A program made the position numbers and the translations under genes. Positions 38,431 through 48,011 of a stretch of DNA of 64,000 nucleotides are shown here, piece after piece (the stretch's first letter is position 1; every line of letters starts with the position of its first letter). Origin of the DNA: Mariprofundus sp. (GTDB lineage: Bacteria > Pseudomonadota > Zetaproteobacteria > Mariprofundales > Mariprofundaceae); contig JAJFLE010000057.1 of the NCBI GenBank assembly GCA_021772835.1, forward strand, positions 3,177-67,176, written 5' to 3'. Under the pieces are notes generated by a model, which saw only the letters and a list, made by a program, of their open reading frames with translations, ran no database searches and was not told the origin of the DNA.

Positions 38431-41349
38431 TTAACCAAGCATATGACGCAAAAATTGGCCGAGCCGCTCAAACGAAAAAGGTTTTGTTAAAATTTTACAG
38501 TTCACGAAATCAGCTTTGCCGGAAGTCACCCGTTCCTTGTCGTAACCGGTCGCAAGTATGATAGGAATCTCAGCATCAAGTTTACGAATTTCTTCCGCCA
38601 ACTCTATTCCTCCCATTTTAGGCATGACTACATCTGAAAAAATAATCGCGATTTCACTTTGATGGGCGAGATATTTTGCCAGTGCCTCTTCACCATCGCC
38701 TGCCTCGATAACCTTATAATCAAAACCCTCCAATACCTCAGCAGTCGTCATGCGCAGATTTTCATCATCATCAACCAGTAAAACAACCTGTTGATCACCC
38801 CCGATCAACGCCGATTCGGCATCAGCTTGTGGCAAAACCGGGGTGGACTTGGATAGAGGAATATATATAAAAAAAGTTGTACCTTCGCCCGGTTCGCTCT
38901 TCACCTCCAGCACACCACCAAGCCGCTGTATTGAGCCGAACACCATAGCTAACCCCAGCCCGGTACCCTTGCCTGTCTCCTTGGTGGTGAAGAAAGGATC
39001 AAAAATAACATCTAAATGCTGGCTCTTGATGCCGCATCCGTTGTCTTTCAATGAAATCATAGCCATCTGGCGATCTACTATTTCGGGGTGCCTGTTCATG
39101 AAGGTTTCGTCTGCCTTATATAGCTTCAGGTGCCATTCGATAGATGGTTTCGGAACACCCTCAAGCGCATCTCTGGCATTATTTGACAGGTTGATAATCA
39201 CCTGTTTCAGCTGGGTGGCATCGGCATCGACATTTAAAATATCATCACACAGGTGTAACTGGTGATTGATATTTTCAGGAGTCGTGCTTCTGGCCAGCCT
39301 AAACCCTTCGCCAAGTAGGTTATTCAGATTGATCGTTTTGACCTCAACAATATCTTTTTTGGCAAAGGCCAGCATCTGCCTGACAACTTCAGCAGCATCT
39401 CCTGAGATCTCATCAATAAGCTTCAGTTTGTTGGTGATAAGCTGCTTGTCATCCAGATTTTTCATAGCGATATAGAGGTTGCCCTGTATCGCAGCCAGCA
39501 TATTGTTGAAATCATGCGCAATTCCGCCGACCAGCGTACCCACAGCCTCCATCTTCTGTGCCTGCAACAGCTGATGCTCCATTCTTTTCAGCTCGGTGAT
39601 ATCCTTCATGATTGAGACATAATGCGTGGGCTTTTTATCCTCATTGAATACAGGCGCAATAGAAATCATGGAGGGGAAAAAACTACCATCCTTACGGCGA
39701 TCAATCAGCGTCCCCTGCCACCGCTTGCCTGCGGCAATGGTTTGCCATAGCTCCCGGTAAGTGGCCGGATCCTGAGCTCCACTTTTCAGCATCGAGGTGT
39801 TTTGGCCAATAGCCTCTGCATAGCTATAACCCGTAATTTCGGTAAAAGCGGGATTCACGTATTCAATGATCGCCTCGGGAGAGGCGATCATGACGGCTTC
39901 CCCGGCTTGCTCTAGCGCCTGTGAAAGCTTAGACAGCTCCTTCTGTTGGGATGCTATCTCCTCTTCGGCCCGTTTCCTCTCACTGATACCCCTGGCAATG
40001 CCCAGCACCCCGATAAGGTTATCGTTTTCATCGTACATAGGCGTCTTGATCGTTTCGAACAGGCCGGAATAACCGCCAACAGCAAAGCTTAACTCCTCCT
40101 CGTTGATTCGGCTCACTTTTGCCTCGATAGCCGCCAAATCATTATGGCGGAAAAAATCGGCCAGTTCACTGCTGACAAAATCGTAGTCGGTTTTACCCAC
40201 GATCTCGGCTTCGGGATGGCCATACAGCTTTTCAAACATCGGATTACAGCTCAGGTAAACCCCATTGGCATCCTTTAACCAGACAAGGTCGGGAATGGTG
40301 CTGACCAGGGTTTTGAGCTGCCCTCGCTCCAACACCAGCTTATTCTGACTCACAATAAACTCAGCTTGCAGCGCATACAACTGCTCCCGCTCCTTCATTA
40401 AGGCGCCCTGCCTGAACATGGCCAGCACCAGCACTATTACCGCCCCCATATCTGCGATGACCTGCACGATATGCGGCAGATCCAACGTATGAGATAGAAC
40501 AACCGCTGCTGCTGCGACCACCACAGTCATCATAGGTAGCATTCGTAATGCAGCTTCGCAGCGCAGATCCCACTCCCGATCTGTATTGATCTCAATCTTC
40601 CAGCCCGTCAGGGCAAACGCGATCAACAGTACGGCAACAGAAAAGGAGGGATTAAACCAGCTGCCATCAATGGTAACGCCGTCGAGCGCCAGAAAATTCC
40701 AGTGCATCCAGCTTAGCCCCGTCGCTATCAGACCGCCAACAAACAACAGTAAACTGCCGTTCACACGCAAACGCAGGGATGGGATCATGCTCAGGGCAGT
40801 AATTGCCGCGGCAAGCAACGTAGTTGGGTAAGCAATCAAGACCAGCATCGGCAACCACGATGTATCGCCACGCTTAGGTAAATAGAGTGCAAGCACCAGA
40901 GTCAGCAACGCAACGGTGAGGATAGTTGCATCCAGCCAGGCCATTTTCCTCTGTGATGGAGTGGTGTATCTGCTGATCTCCTTTAGCAAGCCTATGATAA
41001 CACACAGACCCAGCCAGAGATAAAAGAGATCTGACGGGGCAGGGAACCCTGTATAGGCAAGTGCCACCTGAACATCCCATAGAATTTGCCCCACTGCGTA
41101 GCCAGTTAATCCAAGCGCTATCCAGAATAGCCCTTTGCGATCAGCAACTGATGCAGATCTAAAAACCAACCAGGCAACAATGGCTGCCGTAGAGGTACTG
41201 GTAGTCCAGTGTAGATTGTCGAAAATGCGAATCCAGGAAGTATCCTGTGCCAAGCGAATGCCAATAGCACCGGTCAGCGTGCCGATAATACCTGCAAGCA
41301 TAACGGCATTGATCATGCGGAACTTACTTAAAGCGACGGCTCCCTGCAC
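38431..41349 (-). CDS. hybrid sensor histidine kinase (multi-TM sensor, 2 PAS, HisKA-HATPase, receiver)
   Basis: 972 aa. About 300 aa of polytopic N-terminus, then PAS/PAC repeats (...ARGISERKRAEEE..., ...MKDITELKRMEHQL), the H-box GGIAHDFNNML, G-boxes DNGCGI/GTGLGLA, and a receiver (LLVDDDE...FSDVVMPKMGG). Confidence 0.9.
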   Translation of the reverse strand: MQGAVALSKFRMINAVMLAGIIGTLTGAIGIRLAQDTSWIRIFDNLHWTTSTSTAAIVAWLVFRSASVADRKGLFWIALGLTGYAVGQILWDVQVALAYTGFPAPSDLFYLWLGLCVIIGLLKEISRYTTPSQRKMAWLDATILTVALLTLVLALYLPKRGDTSWLPMLVLIAYPTTLLAAAITALSMIPSLRLRVNGSLLLFVGGLIATGLSWMHWNFLALDGVTIDGSWFNPSFSVAVLLIAFALTGWKIEINTDREWDLRCEAALRMLPMMTVVVAAAAVVLSHTLDLPHIVQVIADMGAVIVLVLAMFRQGALMKEREQLYALQAEFIVSQNKLVLERGQLKTLVSTIPDLVWLKDANGVYLSCNPMFEKLYGHPEAEIVGKTDYDFVSSELADFFRHNDLAAIEAKVSRINEEELSFAVGGYSGLFETIKTPMYDENDNLIGVLGIARGISERKRAEEEIASQQKELSKLSQALEQAGEAVMIASPEAIIEYVNPAFTEITGYSYAEAIGQNTSMLKSGAQDPATYRELWQTIAAGKRWQGTLIDRRKDGSFFPSMISIAPVFNEDKKPTHYVSIMKDITELKRMEHQLLQAQKMEAVGTLVGGIAHDFNNMLAAIQGNLYIAMKNLDDKQLITNKLKLIDEISGDAAEVVRQMLAFAKKDIVEVKTINLNNLLGEGFRLARSTTPENINHQLHLCDDILNVDADATQLKQVIINLSNNARDALEGVPKPSIEWHLKLYKADETFMNRHPEIVDRQMAMISLKDNGCGIKSQHLDVIFDPFFTTKETGKGTGLGLAMVFGSIQRLGGVLEVKSEPGEGTTFFIYIPLSKSTPVLPQADAESALIGGDQQVVLLVDDDENLRMTTAEVLEGFDYKVIEAGDGEEALAKYLAHQSEIAIIFSDVVMPKMGGIELAEEIRKLDAEIPIILATGYDKERVTSGKADFVNCKILTKPFSFERLGQFLRHMLG

Positions 41350-41559
41350 ACTAGAACTCCTTGCTCATCACGCCAATCTGAAAATGTGTCCCGCCGATAT
41401 TCGAGGAGAGCAACAACTCACCCATCTCGACAGAGGCAGGCAAAGAAGACGGATACATACAGGCTATGATTTACACTTGCCATAAGTCAGCCTTCTGTCT
41501 TGCAACATTATCAGAAAGTCAGAGCAGGAACAGTGCCAAGTATGAACTACAACAAATGC

Positions 41560-42366
41560 TTATTTGATTTCCATGCGCACATCGAGTTTATCGCGCAGAG
41601 CATCACCCAGCAGATTTACCGCCATGACCAGCGAAAAGAGAATCAGACCGGGCCAAACAACCAGACCGGGAGAGACCAACATCAAACGTGTGCCTTCACG
41701 AATCATCGTACCCAATGATGCGTCGGGGGGCTGAACACCTACCCCGAGGAAGGAGAGGCCGGCTTCGCCGATAATCACGGCAGCAAGGCCGAAACTGGCC
41801 TCTACCAGCAGCGGAGCCGCGATATTCGGCAACAGGTGACGCAATGCGATATAAGGCACACCTGAGCCGTTAGCGATGGCTGCTTCTACGAAGGGTACGG
41901 ATTTGAATGACAGCACCTGCACCCGGGAAAGCCGCGCAAAACCAACCCAACCGACTGCCACCAGCGCCATCACCAGATTATCGATACCGGGACCAAGCAT
42001 CGCAGCCAATGCGATGGCCAGCAAGATGCCGGGAAAAGAGAGCACAATATCGGCAATACGCATCAGTAAAGCATCCACCCAACCGCCGACCCATCCGGCC
42101 AGCATACCGATAGCTATGCCCACCGAACCACCAAACAGAACCACCGTAATACCAACGCTCAGGGACAACTGAAGCCCTTCGGAAAGTCTGGCCAAGACGT
42201 CACGCCCCAGTGCATCAGTACCCAGCAGATGCGATCGAGCCACACCGGAGAGTACAGCGTCCAGGTTGATGGCATGACCATCCACACCTGTCACTGCGGC
42301 CACGAATAACACCAATAAAGGGAATGAAAGGCACAGGCCTGCCAGCTTCAATGCCGACCTAGACAT
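41560..42366 (-). CDS. ABC peptide/nickel-type transporter permease (DppC/OppC-like)
   Basis: Carries LLGTDALGRDVLARL and the EAA-loop region FVEAAIANGSGVPYIALRHLLPN. Confidence 0.85.
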   Translation of the reverse strand: MSRSALKLAGLCLSFPLLVLFVAAVTGVDGHAINLDAVLSGVARSHLLGTDALGRDVLARLSEGLQLSLSVGITVVLFGGSVGIAIGMLAGWVGGWVDALLMRIADIVLSFPGILLAIALAAMLGPGIDNLVMALVAVGWVGFARLSRVQVLSFKSVPFVEAAIANGSGVPYIALRHLLPNIAAPLLVEASFGLAAVIIGEAGLSFLGVGVQPPDASLGTMIREGTRLMLVSPGLVVWPGLILFSLVMAVNLLGDALRDKLDVRMEIK

Positions 42367-42395
42367 GAGGCAGTCCTTTAAGCATCACAACAGAC

Positions 42396-43322
42396 TCACA
42401 TACCATGTCTTTGCCTCGGATCCAGCCACATGCCCAGCAGATCGGCCAGCAGATTCGCCAACACATAAAAGCCTGCAATCAGCAGCACACATCCCTGCAC
42501 CAGCGGATAATCACGGCTCTGAATTGCTTCAATCGTCAGCAATCCAAGACCCGGCCAGTCGAATACAGTCTCGGTAATCACCGCACCACCAAGCACAGCT
42601 CCCAACTGCAAGGCAAACATGGTAATCACCGGAATCGCAGCAAGGCGCGCGGCATGACGCCACCAGATCATGCGCTCCGATACTCCAAACGCCCGAGCTG
42701 TGCGCGTCGCATCCATACTCATCGCTTCCAGCCATGATGAGCGCGCCATGCGTGACAACACAGCCGCCAGTGCCGTACCCAGCGTCACTGCAGGCAGAAT
42801 AATTGATCCGGGTTGGTCCATGCCGGATACCGGCAACCAGCCGAGTCCCACGGCAAACAGCAGCATCAGCATAGGTCCCAGCCAGAAGTTGGGAATGGAA
42901 ACGCCAATAAGAGAGAAACCCATGGCGGCAACATCCTGGGATTTTCCAGCATGCCGGGCAGCCCAGTAACCCAGAGGTAAAGCCAGCAGTACAGCAAGAA
43001 TCAGACTGATCACCGCCAGCTCAGCCGTAGCCGGAACGCGCTCAACAATACGTTCGAGCACCGGCCTGTGATCAATCAGGCTAGTGCCCCAATCACCCGC
43101 GGCCAAACCGGAAAGGTAGTTGCCATATTGATAAAGTATGGGTTGATCAAGATTCAGAGCCTGACGCAAAGCTTCACGGTCTGCGGGCATGGCTGTTTCG
43201 CCAAGCAGGGCATCCACAGGATCGCCCGGCACCAAATGCAGCAGAAAAAAGACAAGTGTGGCCACGCCCAACAGTGTGGGAACAGCCTGTAGCAGACGGG
43301 TTAATACGATTTGAGCAAACAC
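42396..43322 (-). CDS. ABC peptide/nickel-type transporter permease (DppB/OppB-like)
   Basis: N-terminus MFAQIVLTRLLQAVPTLLGVATLVFFLLHLVPGDPV, with the EAA region ...MDATRTARAFGVSERMIWWRHAARLA. Confidence 0.85.
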   Translation of the reverse strand: MFAQIVLTRLLQAVPTLLGVATLVFFLLHLVPGDPVDALLGETAMPADREALRQALNLDQPILYQYGNYLSGLAAGDWGTSLIDHRPVLERIVERVPATAELAVISLILAVLLALPLGYWAARHAGKSQDVAAMGFSLIGVSIPNFWLGPMLMLLFAVGLGWLPVSGMDQPGSIILPAVTLGTALAAVLSRMARSSWLEAMSMDATRTARAFGVSERMIWWRHAARLAAIPVITMFALQLGAVLGGAVITETVFDWPGLGLLTIEAIQSRDYPLVQGCVLLIAGFYVLANLLADLLGMWLDPRQRHGM

Positions 43323-43387
43323 CCGGGCAGCCTAGCTGTGAAACTGACCGGAAAGAAGTCCGGCTTAACCGTGCAGCAAAGAATCGG

Positions 43388-44599
43388 TTACAAAGCGATA
43401 AGTGCTGCCATCTTCTGGTCTGCCCAGTGCATGGCCTCAACCTGCAGGCGCGTCACGTCCGTATAAGCTATGCGGCGGTTATCTTCAGTAAAGACCTGGA
43501 TGAAATCCCGGTTCCCTTGCTCAATGGCAAATGAAAGCGCCAGCTTTTCACCCATAGGTGTTGTCAGATCGATCAGACCATCATGCACATGTTCGGCCAG
43601 ATGAATTTCCTGCAACGAGTCCTGCATGGAGCGATCCAGTAACGCATCCAGAATAGAGAATAGCCCCAGAAGGAAATCATCATCGACACTGTTCTCACCC
43701 ATTGCTCTGGCCAGCGACTCAAGGAAACGCGCACGCCACAGTGCCTGACGGATCAGCTCCTTCGGTTTGTTTTCACCCAGCGACGTCATGGCCAAAAGTG
43801 TCAACCAGCGGCGTATATTGTTCAGTCCCAGCAGACTCAGCGCCTGCTCAATCGACTGCACTTCCCGGCGCAAGCCGAAAGCAGCCGAATTGATATATTT
43901 GAGTAACCGATAGGACAGAGTCACATCCTGCCTCACCACATCAAACATCCCGTCAATCGACGTTGCAGTCATGGCCTGTTGCATGGCTCTTAGAATCGAC
44001 ATTTTTGATTCAGGTATTTTTTTGCCCGATACGATAGCCGGCTTGCAGAAAAAGTAGCCCTGATAAAAATCAATACCGAGGGCCTTGGCAGCTTCAGCGG
44101 TCTCATATGAATCGACCTTTTCAGCCAGAAATTTCACATTGCGACCACAAAAAGCTCTGATGATCGCTCCCGGATTGCTGGCATCAATCCAGTCCACTTT
44201 AATCACATCAATATAATCAACAAAGGCCATACCGTGTTCAATGGAGACCACATCATCCAGCGACAGGCTATAACCTCTCTCCCTCAGCCGACTGCATGCT
44301 GCCAACACCGCTTGCGTAGGCTGCACCGTTTCAAGAATCTCGAAACGAACCTGTTCGGCAGGCAAGGCTTGCGTCAGTTCAGATTCATTGAGCAGGAAAT
44401 CCTCATCAATATTGAAATAGACTGGCAAAGTACCCGCAACATTTTCCAGCCCTATATCCATAAGTGTATTAACCACAACTTGAGACGTCATCTCGCTATC
44501 CGCAATAGAAAAGTCACCTCGAAACAGTATCTCGTACGCCACCACGTTATATTCGCGATCAAAAATTGGCTGACGAGCAATCATAATTTCATTCGACAT
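43388..44599 (-). CDS. EAL-like + HDOD domain signalling protein
   Basis: N-terminus ARQPIFDREYNVVAYEILFR (EAL replaced by EIL)...KVDW...YQGYFFCKP, then HDOD (LLKYINSAAFGLRREVQSIEQALSLLGLNNIRRW). Confidence 0.82.
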   Translation of the reverse strand: MSNEIMIARQPIFDREYNVVAYEILFRGDFSIADSEMTSQVVVNTLMDIGLENVAGTLPVYFNIDEDFLLNESELTQALPAEQVRFEILETVQPTQAVLAACSRLRERGYSLSLDDVVSIEHGMAFVDYIDVIKVDWIDASNPGAIIRAFCGRNVKFLAEKVDSYETAEAAKALGIDFYQGYFFCKPAIVSGKKIPESKMSILRAMQQAMTATSIDGMFDVVRQDVTLSYRLLKYINSAAFGLRREVQSIEQALSLLGLNNIRRWLTLLAMTSLGENKPKELIRQALWRARFLESLARAMGENSVDDDFLLGLFSILDALLDRSMQDSLQEIHLAEHVHDGLIDLTTPMGEKLALSFAIEQGNRDFIQVFTEDNRRIAYTDVTRLQVEAMHWADQKMAALIAL

Positions 44600-44993
44600 T
44601 CAAGCGCTCCTGGCTTCACAATTATGGTCCAGCGGCCCAAACCCTTTTCCAGAGCTGCCAAGATCATCGAGCCAAAGTCAGCACGCTGCTCAACAGCACA
44701 AGCAATGCCAGACCAGATCACTCTTCAGTAATGGCTGACTCTATGACGCACCTTACGAGCTGCGAGCCACCTCGAACATCCGTAATACTACGGATTTCAT
44801 GCCGGATCTGGCTTGGAACAGGGCTGAGACGCATCGCTTATGAACGGGAAGAGAAGGCGATATGAGCATCCCGAAACCTCTGCATCATCTGGATATATCT
44901 ACGCAGTACAGCAGCCTCAGCCTGCTAACCACTACGAGCCTGAATGTTACACCGCCCTTGCCTTCATCATGTGTCGCCGACATGCTTTCGCTT

Positions 44994-45701
44994 ATGCAGA
45001 CAGACAAGCATTTTGACACCGAAGAAATCGCCAAGTTCGAAGCCATGGCTGAAGAGTGGTGGGATCCCACCGGAAAATTCAAGCCATTGCATAAAATCAA
45101 CCCGCTCAGGCTTGATTACATTGCGCGGCAGGTAAATCTCCCTGAAGCCTGCATCCTGGATGTTGGCTGTGGCGGCGGACTTCTTGCTGAAGGCATGGCA
45201 TCGCGCGGTGCAACGGTGAGCGGCATTGACCGCTCCCCCAAGGCACTGGCCGTGGCACGTCTGCATAGTGAGCAATCCGGTGTGGCGGTAGAGTATATAG
45301 AAAATGATGCGGAAAGCTGGGCTGGCTCCCATGATGAATATTATGACGCTGTAACCTGCCTGGAAGTGCTTGAACATGTTCCCGATGTGCCACGTACCGT
45401 GGCTGCCTGTGCTTCCATGATTAAACCCGGGGGACACTTCTTTTTTGCCACGCTGAACCGCAATCCGGTTTCTTATATCAAGGCTATTCTGGGTGCGGAG
45501 TATATTCTCGGCTGGCTACCCAAAGGTACACACGAATATGCCAAGTTCATCAAACCATCCGAGATGAATTCCGCACTTCGTGATGCAGGCCTGGAAATCA
45601 AAGACCTGAGAGGCATGAGCTACGCCATGCTTACCGACCATTTCACACTTTCCGATGATTTATCAGTAAACTACCTGGGCTTCGCCATCAAACCCGAATA
45701 A
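44994..45701 (+). CDS. ubiG: 3-demethylubiquinol 3-O-methyltransferase
   Basis: Carries FDTEEIAKFEAMAEEWWDPTGKFKPLHKINPLRLDYI...ILDVGCGGGLLAEGMA...LEVLEHV. Start set at MQTDKHF. The 44 upstream codons of the track ORF have no UbiG counterpart, and the ATG at 44982 is also possible. Confidence 0.88.
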   Translation: MQTDKHFDTEEIAKFEAMAEEWWDPTGKFKPLHKINPLRLDYIARQVNLPEACILDVGCGGGLLAEGMASRGATVSGIDRSPKALAVARLHSEQSGVAVEYIENDAESWAGSHDEYYDAVTCLEVLEHVPDVPRTVAACASMIKPGGHFFFATLNRNPVSYIKAILGAEYILGWLPKGTHEYAKFIKPSEMNSALRDAGLEIKDLRGMSYAMLTDHFTLSDDLSVNYLGFAIKPE

Positions 45702-45819
45702 CCACTCCGGTTATTCCCGAGGCATGGGCAGCAACACTCTGGCTTTGTTATCAAACCTGATTTTTTAACGGAAAGACACCGACTTCCATGCCCTGCAGGC
45801 ATCAACGTAGTGGACGCTT

Positions 45820-47937
45820 ATGAATTGTAGGATAGCCTTCCACCCCATGCTTCAACTGCCCCGTTTATTCCTTATTGCAGCCATACTTGTCGCAGCGCCT
45901 CTCGCCCATGCCGTGCCGGTCGACATTGCCGCAGATGAGATTTCGCGAGATGCCAATGGTGTTGTTGTAGCCAAAGGCAATGTTGTCATCAAGCGAACCA
46001 GCGACACCCTGCGCGCTGATGAAGTCATATATCGAACGGATCAGCAGGTGCTCGAAGCTCGCGGACATGTTGTCATAGAATCCCCTCAGGCAACGATTCA
46101 CGCTGATCAGGCTGTGATGAACACGGACAGTCAAGCCGGTAACATTCAAAATGCTGTTATTACATTACCCGGAGGCGAGCGCCTGCAGGCTGCGCGTGTA
46201 AAACGCATAGATGATCAAACCTTTGAAGCTGAAGAGATCATCTATTCCGCTTGCCCGATAGACGAAGAGTCATGGCGTATCAGGGCAAGCCACGCTCGTC
46301 TGGACCAACAGGATGGCAGCCTGATTACAACAAATGGTCGTTTCGAGCTCTGGGAAATTCCGGTGCTCTACACACCATGGTTGCAACAGTCGCTCAGACG
46401 CAAGTCCGGCCTGCTCATGCCCAGCGTAGGCATTGGCAATCGCAGGGGAACCGAGCTCGGCCTGCCAGTCTATCTTGCTCCATCTGAGAACTGGGATATC
46501 ACCATGACCCCCCGCTGGATGAGCGCACGCGGCTTCATGGGTGAGGCCGAACTTCGCCATGCATCGGGCATCGGCACAGAACGCTTGTCTGCTGCAGGTA
46601 TTAACGACACATTAACAGCCAGATCCCGTTCTCGCCTGCAGGGAGATATCCACTGGGGCCTGCCCGCCGGCTTCAACTTTGATGTCAAGGCAGACCATAT
46701 CAGTGATCGGGATTATCTGGCCGATTTCGCCTCGGAAGATGTGGGCAGCACACGTTATCTGCAAAGTGTGGCGACACTTTCTCAGTCAGGTGTTTATGGA
46801 GATTTCAAGGAGGACTGGGCTCTTATTGCGCAACATCAACAGGACCTGCTTTTAACAAGCAATGCATCAACATTGCAGATTCTACCCCGACTGGAGGGCC
46901 GGATGTTATGGTCACGTCATTCCAACCTGATCTTTGGCCTGGAGCATCAGACAACACGCTTTGATCGCAAGCTTGGCGTAGACGGTTTGCGTATGGACTT
47001 GCACCCCTTCGTTGAAGTCCCGTGGGAACTGGCAGGCGGTGGCATTTCGGCCAAACTGCATGCGGGTAGCCATCACACCCGCTATTGGCTCAAACAGCAA
47101 GCCAATAACACAGCCGCCAATCCGTTCCGCACTAGCGGTGAAGTCAGTCTGGAAGTTCGCAGTGATTTTGAAGGCATCAGCAGCGACCGAACTTGGCGGC
47201 ACGCGATCTCGCCTGTCCTACGTTATGATTATATCAATGTTCCGGATCAAAGCACTCTGCCGAACTTTGATTCGGCATTTGGCCTGCTCGCCTGGAGCAA
47301 TCTGATGTCAGGCAACCGCTTTTCCGGTTTCGACCGCATTGAAAAAGCCAATCGCTTCAGCCTGATTCTGGAAAACCGACTGCAGCATAAACCTGACCCG
47401 GAGACCGCAGCCAGCGATTTCCTGATCATTCGTGGCGGTGCTTCTTACAACCTGCAGCGACAAACCATTGATGCCGCGCTTAAACCTGCTGCAACCAGGC
47501 CCTTCTCAAACCTGCTCGGAGAGGTGGTTTTTCAACCCTTTACCGGCGTCAGCCTGTATAGCTCAGGCCAATACAACACCGTCGACCGCTATTGGGCGAC
47601 ATTAAGTTCAGCCATCAGCCTGAGCGGAGCAACAGGCAACAGCTTGATTGTATCCCACCAGTTCACTGACGCGCGTTACACAACTGAATCACAACTGCTG
47701 AACATCTCTGCCAATCTGCGTCTGGCCAACCGCTGGCAGGCCAGTGGCCGCTGGCAATATGATTTTGTGCAAAAAATCTCCCAACGTACTGCCCTGGAAG
47801 TACAGTATCAGCACCCCTGCTGGAAACTGGGCGCTGAAGGTTATCGCATCAACAGTCGCACAGGCACCGCCAAAGCATCCAATCTGGGCTTCAGAATCTT
47901 GCTTGAATTCAAAGGCTTAGGTAGCGTCGGTTCGTGA
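45820..47937 (+). CDS. lptD: LPS-assembly outer-membrane protein LptD
   Basis: Signal peptide followed by an OstA-like N-terminal domain (ADEISRDANGVVVAKGNVVIK...LRADEVIY) and a large beta-barrel part. It sits immediately upstream of surA-pdxA, as in the canonical locus. Confidence 0.88.
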   Translation: MNCRIAFHPMLQLPRLFLIAAILVAAPLAHAVPVDIAADEISRDANGVVVAKGNVVIKRTSDTLRADEVIYRTDQQVLEARGHVVIESPQATIHADQAVMNTDSQAGNIQNAVITLPGGERLQAARVKRIDDQTFEAEEIIYSACPIDEESWRIRASHARLDQQDGSLITTNGRFELWEIPVLYTPWLQQSLRRKSGLLMPSVGIGNRRGTELGLPVYLAPSENWDITMTPRWMSARGFMGEAELRHASGIGTERLSAAGINDTLTARSRSRLQGDIHWGLPAGFNFDVKADHISDRDYLADFASEDVGSTRYLQSVATLSQSGVYGDFKEDWALIAQHQQDLLLTSNASTLQILPRLEGRMLWSRHSNLIFGLEHQTTRFDRKLGVDGLRMDLHPFVEVPWELAGGGISAKLHAGSHHTRYWLKQQANNTAANPFRTSGEVSLEVRSDFEGISSDRTWRHAISPVLRYDYINVPDQSTLPNFDSAFGLLAWSNLMSGNRFSGFDRIEKANRFSLILENRLQHKPDPETAASDFLIIRGGASYNLQRQTIDAALKPAATRPFSNLLGEVVFQPFTGVSLYSSGQYNTVDRYWATLSSAISLSGATGNSLIVSHQFTDARYTTESQLLNISANLRLANRWQASGRWQYDFVQKISQRTALEVQYQHPCWKLGAEGYRINSRTGTAKASNLGFRILLEFKGLGSVGS

Positions 47938-48011
47938 CATTTCGTTCCTCTAATCGCCCACCGCGCATGCATTCACACAACGTTGTGCGGCCCAGTTCAT
48001 CCGGAGTTTTC

